Source: Candidatus Doudnabacteria bacterium (GTDB lineage: Bacteria; Patescibacteriota; Doudnabacteria; UBA920; 2-01-FULL-46-14). From it: a stretch of 46,454 nt of DNA. Positions within the stretch are counted from its first letter, which is position 1, and each line of letters starts with the position of its first letter. The translations under genes and the position numbers were made by a program. The notes beneath the pieces were generated by a model, which did no database searches, was not told the origin of the DNA, and worked only from the letters and a program-made list of their open reading frames with translations. This document shows positions 10,464 through 18,636 of this stretch, one piece after another. The stretch covers positions 1 to 46,454 of the forward strand of contig JAHFJD010000002.1 in NCBI GenBank assembly GCA_023246055.1, read 5' to 3'.

Positions 10464-11666
10464 TTAAAATGTCGAATAATAAGATACAGTGGTCTGATCA
10501 CAGGTGTCTTTGATCGACTGCTCGTCGAGCACGCTACAAAGCTGCTTGGCTCGGGCATCGTCATGCAGGTAAGAGATAAAATCTTTGACCGCACCAATTA
10601 TGCAATTGGTGCGCTGATCGAGGTTTTTGCCAAGGCCGCAGTTATGCTTCGTTTGCTCCACATTGCTCAAACTCCGCCCGGAAACATCGCGGCCCAGGCT
10701 TTGATAACAAGTATTGCGATGATTCTCCTCGACAGTAGAGCAAAGCTCAAATACGCGCGCAAAATCTCCGTTCGTGACTTTGAGCATGTAGCTCGTTTGC
10801 ATGAGGTAACAGGTACTTTTATACTGCTCCGCTACCGCATCGCAGGGATAGAGCGGGTCCTCTGGCTTGAGATATTTTGCATAGTGGTATTTGGTATCAA
10901 AAATGACATTCTCCATGAACGCGCCGCTCCAGCATGACGAGCGCTCCCACGAATCGGTAACTTTGTCACAAACCTCGAGAGATTTGAACAATTCATCATC
11001 ATAAATTGCCATGACGCCGTGTCCGAGTCCATGCACGCAGTTGTAATGATCGAAAGAATATCGTTCGGTGGCCGCTAGGGAGGCGCAAATCTCATTCATC
11101 TGTGACTCCAGTTTGGAGAGTCCAATCCGGCCGATGATTCCTTCTAGCACGCCGTGGTAATATCCGGACCAGCAAAAACTATCACCTTGCTTGTAGGCCT
11201 CAGCCACGTCCGCAAATTTTTTGGCGGCTTCATTGCCGATGACATGCGTGAGCGGATGACATTGCGACTGAACATAATCATTACCATTGTACCGCTCGCG
11301 CAAATCCGCGAGAGCTGCAGCAATCCCCACCCCTTTAACGACGGCAACGTAATAGCTCTGGTAGCAATCAAAATCCGACTGCTTGTCTCCGGTGCAAATG
11401 GACTGAACACTCACCGCCTCGTCTCCCCCACTCTGGAGGGAGAAATCTACCTGCTTTTCCCCTCCCCCTTGTGGGGAGGGGTTGAGGGAGGGGGTTGTCC
11501 CTGACGCAACCTCCCGATTCTCCGCAAAAGTTTGATTTACAAAATCCTGCACTGTGTTCGGCTCCCCTCCTTGTGAGGAGGGTTTAGGCGAGGACTTCAG
11601 TAAAAAAAATAATCCTGCCGCAGCGACAACAATAATAAAAATTGAAAAAAATATCTTTAGTTTCAT
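10464..11666 (-). CDS. Membrane-anchored Cys/His-rich repeat protein
   Basis: N-terminal TM; CHPLTH, CWSGYYHG, CVHGLGHG, CWSGAFME motifs. Confidence 0.85.
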   Translation of the reverse strand: MKLKIFFSIFIIVVAAAGLFFLLKSSPKPSSQGGEPNTVQDFVNQTFAENREVASGTTPSLNPSPQGGGEKQVDFSLQSGGDEAVSVQSICTGDKQSDFDCYQSYYVAVVKGVGIAAALADLRERYNGNDYVQSQCHPLTHVIGNEAAKKFADVAEAYKQGDSFCWSGYYHGVLEGIIGRIGLSKLESQMNEICASLAATERYSFDHYNCVHGLGHGVMAIYDDELFKSLEVCDKVTDSWERSSCWSGAFMENVIFDTKYHYAKYLKPEDPLYPCDAVAEQYKSTCYLMQTSYMLKVTNGDFARVFELCSTVEENHRNTCYQSLGRDVSGRSLSNVEQTKHNCGLGKNLDQRTNCIIGAVKDFISYLHDDARAKQLCSVLDEQSIKDTCDQTTVSYYSTF

Positions 11667-11684
11667 TGTTTAAATTTTTCTAAA

Positions 11685-11755
11685 TCGGGCTGCCGAGAAT
11701 CGAACTCGGACTACATGCACCCCATGCATGCGTACTACCACTATACTACAGCCCG
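11685..11755 (-). tRNA. tRNA-Pro(GGG), CCA not encoded
   Basis: CGGGCTG/CAGCCCG acceptor, anticodon arm CATGC-ATGGGGT-GCATG, GTTCGATTC T-arm. Confidence 0.95.
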
Positions 11756-11914
11756 CCGAATTGCCCCCCTTGACGGGAGGGTTAAAGGGTGGGTGAATAA
11801 ATTTTATCATTTATTTTGAAATAAAAAAAGAGTGCGGCCATACAACTCTTGGAATGATCCAAAAATTGTAATGGTCGCACAGGCGTCAATGAACGCTCAT
11901 TGTGTTTCGAGGGG

Positions 11915-12202
11915 TTAGATCTCCGCCACCGCCGGTTTGCCGATGGTGCCGGTGTTCTTGCTTTGACTGTCCTCTTCAAGGTTTACCTGGCGAATATAAT
12001 TCGCGCGTGCTTTAATTTTCGCCAAGGCTTTCCTCAACCTACGTGCCGTATCTAACCCATGAGCAGATTCGAAGTCGTGGATATCCTCTTGTAAATTTGC
12101 AATTCCGGTTTCTGTGTTTCGGAGCCGCCGTTTTCTCTTGGACCGCCCCAAATTTCGTATCGCCTTCTTTTCGGCTTCAGTGATGTCGACCGCGTGTTCC
12201 AT
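11915..12202 (-). CDS. Hypothetical basic helical protein
   Basis: 95-aa ORF; GGGGAG SD before ATG 12202. Confidence 0.6.
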   Translation of the reverse strand: MEHAVDITEAEKKAIRNLGRSKRKRRLRNTETGIANLQEDIHDFESAHGLDTARRLRKALAKIKARANYIRQVNLEEDSQSKNTGTIGKPAVAEI

Positions 12203-12221
12203 TGTACTTCTGCTCCCCTTG

Positions 12222-12443
12222 TTATCGCGCGAAATAACTTCGATCCGTTTCCTCTTCTCGTGCACGAACGGCATCGTCCGATGGTCCATCTCGTTTTCGA
12301 TAAAACGCAGATTTTTGCACTATCAGCGCGCCCTCGAGCACATCTCTTGTTTCTGGCCGCAGATTCGGCCGTTGGAGTTTCTTCTGAATGCTCGCGATGT
12401 CCCTCAATGTCCTATCTGTACTGCCTTCTGGTACGTACTCCAT
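12222..12443 (-). CDS. Hypothetical small protein
   Basis: 73-aa ORF; AGGAG SD. Confidence 0.55.
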   Translation of the reverse strand: MEYVPEGSTDRTLRDIASIQKKLQRPNLRPETRDVLEGALIVQKSAFYRKRDGPSDDAVRAREEETDRSYFAR

Positions 12444-12563
12444 TTTCTATATCGCTCCTAAAAACAAAAGTTGTGATGCTTATTTTAGCCTCGGCTAATG
12501 CCAGGCCGCCTCGTTCTCGAAACTCGAATTTTTCCTCCTTTTTGGGGTGAGATGTACTGCTAG

Positions 12564-12634
12564 TCGATGGGGTAGGATTTGAACCTACGACTTTCAGCTC
12601 AATGCTGTCCTCTACCAGGCTGAGGTACCCACCG
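12564..12634 (-). ncRNA. tRNA-like RNA with shortened anticodon arm
   Basis: Acceptor CGGTGGG/CCCATCG+A, D arm CCTC-AGCCTGGTA-GAGG, T arm GTAGG-TTCAAAT-CCTAC; anticodon arm only CAGC-ATTGA-GCTG. Confidence 0.8.
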
Positions 12635-12832
12635 GTACTTTATAAACCAAAATTCCGCCTTTTTAAGCGGAACTTGGTCGTTTGCTGCGAGTAGATTATT
12701 TTTGATCTATCACACAAGTTGCCGCTCAAAATTTGCCTTAAAGTAAATCAGCCGAAGATAACGCGGCTCACAGACTTCAGTAAACTTTGGCATAAATTTG
12801 TGCATTCTTACCAAAAATTAATCTTACTGCTG

Positions 12833-12862
12833 ATACTACCTTATCCGTAGATTGGTTGTCAA
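12833..12862 (-). promoter_or_regulatory. Candidate sigma70 promoter for the tRNA-like unit
   Basis: TTGACA-N18-TAGTAT on the minus strand. Confidence 0.5.
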
Positions 12863-12955
12863 CACCGGCTTATTCACAGGGAGCTTGCCCTGCGGCGTCC
12901 GCTAAATCAGCGCACTGCGCGTGTGGGACACGTGTCTTTTCACAAGTTGTCCACA
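12856..12955. promoter_or_regulatory. Cluster of DnaA-box-like 9-mers
   Basis: TTATTCACA 12870-12878 and TTGTCCACA 12947-12955; weaker TTGTCAACA and CTTTTCACA. Confidence 0.4.
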
Positions 12956-12978
12956 GGTAATTAACCGGTAATTCAATT

Positions 12979-13962
12979 CTAAGTTATCTTCCCCACAATG
13001 TTATTCAATTCCTCGTCAGAAAAAAACTCAATGGTGATTTTTCCGCTGCCTCTGGGGCCTTTGTTCACCTGAACTCGCGTTCCCAATTTGCCACGCAAAA
13101 GGTTCTCAAGCGAAGTCAAAAACGGGTCTGGAGTGAACATTTCTGCAACTTTGATCTTGCGCTGCGTGATTTCGCGAACCTTTGCTTCAATCTCCCTGAC
13201 CTTCATACCGCCTGCTAAAACCATTCTGAACATCTCAAGCATTTCATCACTATTGCGCAGCGTCAAAAGGGGCCTCGCTTGCCCTTCAGCGATCTTGCCC
13301 TCAATCAGTGCGCGCTGAATTTCAACCGGCAGATTGAGGAGGCGTAACAGGTTGGAGACTGTCGAAGGATTCTTGCCGACCTTTACCGCGATCTCGTTGA
13401 CCTTGAGATTGAATTCTTTTTGCAACCGCTCATAAGCCTTGGCCTCCTCAATCGGGTTGAGATCCGCGCGCTGCACATTTTCAATGAGTGCGATTTCGAG
13501 CTTTGCCTCGGAATTGATTTTTGGGGAAAGTAGAGCTGGAATTTTGGTGAGTCCCGCGAGCTTGGCTGCCCGAAATCTACGCTCTCCCACCAAGATCTCA
13601 TATTTACCAACACCCTGCTCGGTCACAACAAGCGGCTGGATAATCCCGTGGACTTTTATAGAATCTGCGAGCTCCCGCAGCTTCTCTGGATCAAAAATAC
13701 GCCGCGGTTGAAATTCGTTTGGTACAATATCGTTTAAATCTATTAGCGCGAGGGCTTGCCCGTCATGAGGAGAACGAAATCTCGCCTGCGGATCGGATTT
13801 CACTGTCGAGTGCAGTATAACATTGTTTCCGGAGGCAACCTCATCTCTTTTCCCCTCCTCATGAGGAGGGGTCGGGGAGGTCGTGGCCTCCAAATCCTCC
13901 TTGTCCCCCGAATCGTCAGCAAAGGAGGAAAAATTCCCGAGTTTAAAGACATCATCGTTCAT
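12979..13962 (-). CDS. parB: ParB/Spo0J partition protein
   Basis: PNEFQPRR, GIIQPL, GERRFRA, ENVQRADLNPIEEA, HTH. Confidence 0.96.
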   Translation of the reverse strand: MNDDVFKLGNFSSFADDSGDKEDLEATTSPTPPHEEGKRDEVASGNNVILHSTVKSDPQARFRSPHDGQALALIDLNDIVPNEFQPRRIFDPEKLRELADSIKVHGIIQPLVVTEQGVGKYEILVGERRFRAAKLAGLTKIPALLSPKINSEAKLEIALIENVQRADLNPIEEAKAYERLQKEFNLKVNEIAVKVGKNPSTVSNLLRLLNLPVEIQRALIEGKIAEGQARPLLTLRNSDEMLEMFRMVLAGGMKVREIEAKVREITQRKIKVAEMFTPDPFLTSLENLLRGKLGTRVQVNKGPRGSGKITIEFFSDEELNNIVGKIT

Positions 13963-14042
13963 GCTTGAAATCTAACAAAATCACGATAGTTGCGCAAACA
14001 CGACCACAAGAGATATAATGCCAGTCTGCAAAAGGAGGCCGA

Positions 14043-14423
14043 ATGAAGATCAAAACACAAGAAATCAGAATCGGCAGGAAGCAAGTGTATGTCGTTGATT
14101 GTGATGGCGAACTGACAACAGGAATGCCGTGCTTGTTGTTGAACGAGGCTGTCAGTTCGATCTTGGAAAACGGAGGACGTAGAATTCTGATAAATCTAGA
14201 AAAAGTCTCGGCACTCGGCTTTTCTGGCCGTCAAGCTTTGTCAGATGTCTACGTCGCAGCTAGGAACGGGAATGCTCTGCTGCGCGTCGCCTGCGCTCAA
14301 AAGGATCTCTTCCACGAGCTAGAGGTGCATAATCTCAGGCCAATCCTGGTGACTCCTGGTTCTCTCGAGGAAGCCGTGAATGCAGTAGCTTTTTCTCGGC
14401 ATCGCAAACGCAAAACCGCGTAG
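14043..14423 (+). CDS. STAS domain / anti-sigma-factor antagonist-like protein
   Basis: VVDCDGEL, ILINLEKVSALGFSG, SLEEAV; AAGGAGG SD. Confidence 0.8.
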   Translation: MKIKTQEIRIGRKQVYVVDCDGELTTGMPCLLLNEAVSSILENGGRRILINLEKVSALGFSGRQALSDVYVAARNGNALLRVACAQKDLFHELEVHNLRPILVTPGSLEEAVNAVAFSRHRKRKTA

Positions 14424-14551
14424 CACAGCTCGAAAAATATCTCACGCTTCACACCCCCGGCGCCAGTCCTAAAAACCTCGCGCCGTTTTTTATCATCAAT
14501 CCACTGCAAATGATTAATGTTTGATCGATTGATTTGTAGATGCATTGAATA

Positions 14552-14587
14552 TTACCAAAATATACGCAATTGCGTAGAAAAAGGTAA
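14552..14587. repeat. 36-bp dyad repeat, copy 1
   Basis: TTACC-AAAATAT-ACGCAATTGCGT-AGAAAAA-GGTAA. Confidence 0.9.
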
Positions 14588-14606
14588 AATATAAAAAAAC
14601 TGCTGA

Positions 14607-15299
14607 TTAAATAATTTTTTGCTTCCTAAAAAACTTTACCATTTTCTCTTCATCGTCTCGATCAAGTCTATTAATCTCCATGATTGTTACAAACCTTTCG
14701 ATGTGATAAACCCTCACAATCCAGTCTATCTCAAGTCGAGGATCATGAGGATAGAACCACAATGTCCGCTGCAGGGGATAAAAGTTCATCTCCTTCAGCT
14801 TGCGGCGCAAAGCGTCCGCAGCGGTCTTGTGTTCTTTAGTGGGTATGTCGGCTGCCACCTGCCACCACTTTTTGTCCCACTTTTTTGGTTTTTCCACACG
14901 CATGGTCCTAAATTGCATGCTTTTGATTTTTTTTCTGGCCAGGGCAGTCACATAAATCTTAAAATCTCCGACAGTAGGTCGCATGCCGATCAAGCCTTTA
15001 TGTTTTAGATAATAAAAAGACCGAACCACCTTGTTCTTCACTTCTTTCTGCGAATATCTCTTACCTTTTCTGGAAAAAAGTTTACCATAAGCCGCAAATA
15101 TATTCGGTGTCACAGCCGATAGAGCAATCATCCCAGCAGCCATCAAAATTACCAAAGCTATACCCCCGGCAGTTTTAACCGCCTCAATCTGTTCATTCGT
15201 CAAGGTTGGCTTTTTGTCTTTTGGTGCAGCAGATCGAACAATTTCACTGATTGTATTTTTTTGATATCCCATTAGGTCGTTCTTGTTTATTTTCTCCAC
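14607..15299 (-). CDS. PaaX-family-like protein (wHTH plus Cas2-like ferredoxin-fold domain)
   Basis: WDKKWWQVAADIP..ALRRKLKEMNFYPLQRTLWFYP matches the PaaX-central/Cas2-like pattern; alternative start ATG 15272. Confidence 0.85.
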   Translation of the reverse strand: MEKINKNDLMGYQKNTISEIVRSAAPKDKKPTLTNEQIEAVKTAGGIALVILMAAGMIALSAVTPNIFAAYGKLFSRKGKRYSQKEVKNKVVRSFYYLKHKGLIGMRPTVGDFKIYVTALARKKIKSMQFRTMRVEKPKKWDKKWWQVAADIPTKEHKTAADALRRKLKEMNFYPLQRTLWFYPHDPRLEIDWIVRVYHIERFVTIMEINRLDRDDEEKMVKFFRKQKII

Positions 15300-15320
15300 T
15301 TCGAATATTATTATACAAAA

Positions 15321-15356
15321 TTACCAAAATATACGCAATTGCGTCAGAAAAGGTAA
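15321..15356. repeat. 36-bp dyad repeat, copy 2
   Basis: TTACC-AAAATAT-ACGCAATTGCGT-CAGAAAA-GGTAA; overlaps the -35 zone of a TATAAT at 15310-15315. Confidence 0.9.
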
Positions 15357-15362
15357 TGTTAA

Positions 15363-15422
15363 TCTTGCAACAAAAAAAGGATGGAGGTTGCGGTCGCTTG
15401 CGGCGAGGCAACATTCCATCCC
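15363..15422 (-). terminator. Long hairpin plus U-tract, copy 1 of a 60-bp repeat
   Basis: GGATGGAATGTTGCCTCGCCGCAAGCGACCGCAACCTCCATCC-T7 after the purH fragment. Confidence 0.8.
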
Positions 15423-15490
15423 GCATAAACAAAATCCCAAAGCAGCCTTAGATCTTTTCAACAACGCATCACCTTACCTGTGCTTCTCTG

Positions 15491-16102
15491 CTACGAGAGT
15501 TTGCGAACCATTTCTCCAATAAATCCATCGTATACTCCTCCGCTCCGGTAGCGAGCAGATGCGAGCGCGTACGCTGCGACTACTGCTTCCGCTTTTCCCG
15601 CAAGTCTTTCCACCAACTCCTTCCGGTTCGCCTCCCCACCACGAAGGCAGTCGAGAACAGCCTCCCAATCATTGGGGTCGCAAATGGCATACCGTTGACC
15701 CTTGGCTGCAGCCCGCAGCAGGGTCGGACCGCCGATGTCAGTGCTTTCGATGACTGATTCCAACGTCGAACCTGCTTTGGCAATTTCCGCGGTGAGCGGA
15801 TACATGTCGACCCACACGAGATCGATCCATGGAATCCGATCTCCGAGCTCTGTCAGATCTTCTGGCGTGTCAGTGGCAAGAAGACCGGCATAAATCTCCC
15901 TGGAAAGGGAAACCACTCGATGCCCCAAAATGGGATGCCCGACCATTTCTGCGATGTCTATGACTGAAATTCCTGCGTTCCGAAGCGCTTGGAATGTTCC
16001 ACGAGTCGAGAAAATCGTCCAGCCGTTATTGACGAGTTCTCTTGCTCGTTCCTCCAGACCGTTTTTGTTAAACAAAGTAAACAGCGCATTTCGCTTATTC
16101 AT
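15491..16102 (-). pseudogene. purH: PurH N-terminal IMP cyclohydrolase domain only (truncated or stand-alone)
   Basis: STRGT, GHRVVSL, DMYP, DIGGPTLLRAAAK; stops where YGEN and the transformylase domain should begin; GGAGGAG SD before ATG 16102. Confidence 0.8.
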
Positions 16103-16180
16103 TGTCTCCTCCGTTTTTGTGATTTTGACTGCCCTTTCCGCTGATGCGGGAAGTCCTATAGGATAGCAAAAAACCAGCCG

Positions 16181-16239
16181 TCTTGCAACAAAAAAGGATG
16201 GACATTGCGCTCGCCTGCGGCGAGGCAACATTCCATCCC
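16181..16239 (-). terminator. Long hairpin plus U-tract, copy 2
   Basis: Near-identical to 15363-15422. Confidence 0.8.
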
Positions 16240-16275
16240 CTTTTCCTTTCTTCTGACGATTCTCCTCCGTGAAAT

Positions 16276-16674
16276 TTATTCGGGGATACCCATGTCTTCC
16301 GAGCGATAAGTATCCAGATCTTTGCCCGTGAGCCGCTCGACCAAATCGAGGTAGTTCTGCGACGTTTTCGCAATCACTTCCTCTGGCCGAGAGAGCCCGC
16401 AGAGAAAAGCAAAATGGGCTGGATCGGCCAAGTCGAGGTTGTTGATCCCGACGATCCGTGAACCTTCCCTTTTTTTCGGATACCTCTTTTCATCAGTTTC
16501 TGTGTAATTGATTTGCAAACTCTTATAGAGGTCAGGTGGAACTGTGACACCGGTAATCTCACCAAGCTCAACTCTCGCGCGGATAACAGCTTCTTCAACT
16601 CTGGCCACCCTTCGCCACTTCGCAGCAGGCGACCACAACTCACCCATTTGCTTCCTTGTGTATCTCTCAATCAT
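16276..16674 (-). pseudogene. Deletion chimera: PurB N-terminus fused to PurC-like C-terminus
   Basis: MIERYTRKQMGELWS...VEEAV (PurB start) and PEEVIAKTSQNYLDLVERLTG (PurC end). Confidence 0.7.
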
Positions 16675-16803
16675 AAACTTCCCCCTTTGCAAACTAAAGC
16701 AACATCAAACCCACTGCGGATTTGGTTGGTTATTATAGCTTGTCGGGCATTTGCACGCAAAAAAACCGCTTCTCGAGTAGCTCGAAGCGGTCGCACCAGC
16801 CGA

Positions 16804-17214
16804 TCATCTGCGTCCAACGCTTGCCAAATGAACCATTCGATGCCGAGCCTTTATCTTCGCCCTTCCACGATACCCCTTAGCCTCGTCAGGCGGTTTGTAA
16901 TTATTACCACGGTGGCTTGCGAGAATTCTCGCGTTGGCGAGCTCGGCTTTCACTTTCCACAGAAGCATAGCAGTATTTCCAGACTCCTTCAGGAGATCAA
17001 TGGCTTCTTCTAGGGCATAACACTCGTCCTCATATCGCTGCTGGCGAAAGAACACCGCAGCGATTCCCAGATACGCCCTAGGGCTTGTGGGTTTGCTCAC
17101 GATCGCGCATTGCAAGTAATACAAGGCGCGATCAAGTGTGCGCCTTTCGTAGAGTTCGAGCTTTTGTAAGAGCGCCAATCCTTCGCGCAAATAATCGTGC
17201 TTCCTTCTGCTCAT
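16804..17214 (-). CDS. TPR-like small protein
   Basis: ALYYLQCAIVSKPTSPRAYLGIAAVF; AAGGAGG SD. Confidence 0.7.
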   Translation of the reverse strand: MSRRKHDYLREGLALLQKLELYERRTLDRALYYLQCAIVSKPTSPRAYLGIAAVFFRQQRYEDECYALEEAIDLLKESGNTAMLLWKVKAELANARILASHRGNNYKPPDEAKGYRGRAKIKARHRMVHLASVGRR

Positions 17215-17330
17215 GATGCCCTCCTTGAACGTAACATCAATATATTCCAAACTCTCGATTTATTCAAGATTTGACCAAAAGCGCAAAATTTGATAAAACG
17301 AAGGGAACGAATCCAAGGGAGGAATAAAAA

Positions 17331-17852
17331 ATGTCACGAAAGAGAAAAGTCTTCGCGTTCATGATTTTGCTCGGAATAGTATTGCTTCTGCAATACTTGA
17401 CCACAAGCTTCCACAGCCTGGGCTGGCATTGGCAAATCCTGCTCCCGGCACTTACCATGACCCTCATGGGATTGCCCTTTGCCTTCTACCTGTCGCGAGA
17501 AATCTTCGATGCCATCATGGCTCTCGGGTGGATCGGATTGTTCATACCGGGAATGCTCGCGAGCACACTGCTCATCGGACCATTTAACCTTAGTCTGGGC
17601 GCGCTTCCAGGGTTACTGATTGCGCTTTTGGTCAGTCTGTTTGGCTCTGTATCGTTTTGGGTCGTGGCTCTGACGCCAGCAGTACTGGAACATTTGGCCA
17701 ATGCTGCAGAGGGGTTCCAAAATGCGTTAGGCGCTGCGATCGGACCGGATGTTATAGGTGGCCTAATTGCCAGGGCTCGTCCAGATCAGCTTACCGAGAG
17801 CGGTCGATTTCATGAGCAAACCGGCCGGCGAGGAAAAGAATGGCTGAATTGA
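17331..17852 (+). CDS. Hypothetical 4-TM membrane protein
   Basis: Hydrophobic segments; GGAGG SD. Confidence 0.7.
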   Translation: MSRKRKVFAFMILLGIVLLLQYLTTSFHSLGWHWQILLPALTMTLMGLPFAFYLSREIFDAIMALGWIGLFIPGMLASTLLIGPFNLSLGALPGLLIALLVSLFGSVSFWVVALTPAVLEHLANAAEGFQNALGAAIGPDVIGGLIARARPDQLTESGRFHEQTGRRGKEWLN

Positions 17853-17922
17853 GCCAAGCAAATATCTAAGAGTCCCCGACTTCTAGCTCGCAGGACTCTC
17901 TTTTTTTATATATAATTGATTC

Positions 17923-18624
17923 ATGCATAGTGCCGCAAAGTCAAAACTCAACAAACGAAAGCGATACCTGCAACTCGCGTTCAATAGCACGCTCGAGGAT
18001 GCGCAAAATATTATCGCTGACCTGCCGCTAAGCGATCGCATCATTCTGGAGGCAGGCACGCCCCTCGTAAAGCGCTACGGCATGAACGCTGTTTCGAAGA
18101 TAGCCTACTGGTATCAAAACAGAATAAATTCTTTTGGGGCGGCGATCGTTCCCTATATCGTAGCAGATCTGAAAACCATGGACCGCGGCCGCGCCGAAGT
18201 GGAAATGGCGCAGGCAGCGGGCGCCACTGCTGTTGTCGCTTTAGGAAGCGCCCCAGTGGAAACACTCAACGCATTTATCGAAAATTGCGAGTCTGTCGGA
18301 GTTGATGCCATGATCGACATGATGAATGTCGAGTACCCCGTGAGTATTCTCGCCAAACTAAAAAAACTCCCGCCCGTAGTCATCCTCCACCGCGGGGTGG
18401 ACGAGGAACAATTTAACCGCGAAAAACAAATCCCCTGGCATGAAATCCAGAGGATCAAAGGCGCTTACGACATCATGATTTCCATCGCCGGAGGAGATAC
18501 GATACGCGAGGTTCAACGTTCGATATTCAACAGCGCCGATATAGTCGTGGTATGGAAATCAGTATTTTCGAGTAGTGATGAGACGATCGGTCTCATCGAA
18601 GGATTTTTAAAAGCAATCAAATAA
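17923..18624 (+). CDS. HPS/KGPDC (OMP decarboxylase superfamily) protein, 3-hexulose-6-phosphate synthase-like
   Basis: YLQLA, EAGTPLVKRYG, ADLKTMD.G, LHRGVDEE, IAGG. Confidence 0.85.
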   Translation: MHSAAKSKLNKRKRYLQLAFNSTLEDAQNIIADLPLSDRIILEAGTPLVKRYGMNAVSKIAYWYQNRINSFGAAIVPYIVADLKTMDRGRAEVEMAQAAGATAVVALGSAPVETLNAFIENCESVGVDAMIDMMNVEYPVSILAKLKKLPPVVILHRGVDEEQFNREKQIPWHEIQRIKGAYDIMISIAGGDTIREVQRSIFNSADIVVVWKSVFSSSDETIGLIEGFLKAIK

Positions 18625-18636
18625 TCTCGCCGGGGG

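Noticed and set aside
12564..12634. tmRNA or a normal tRNA-Gln/Ser
   Set aside because: It has a full D arm and no tag reading frame, and a canonical 5-bp stem with 7-nt loop cannot be formed.
12640..12975. oriC
   Set aside because: No dnaA/dnaN nearby, no gene-strand switch, and only two near-consensus boxes.
14552..15356. CRISPR array with cas2
   Set aside because: Only two repeats, separated by a 733-bp gene-containing segment; no spacers and no cas1.
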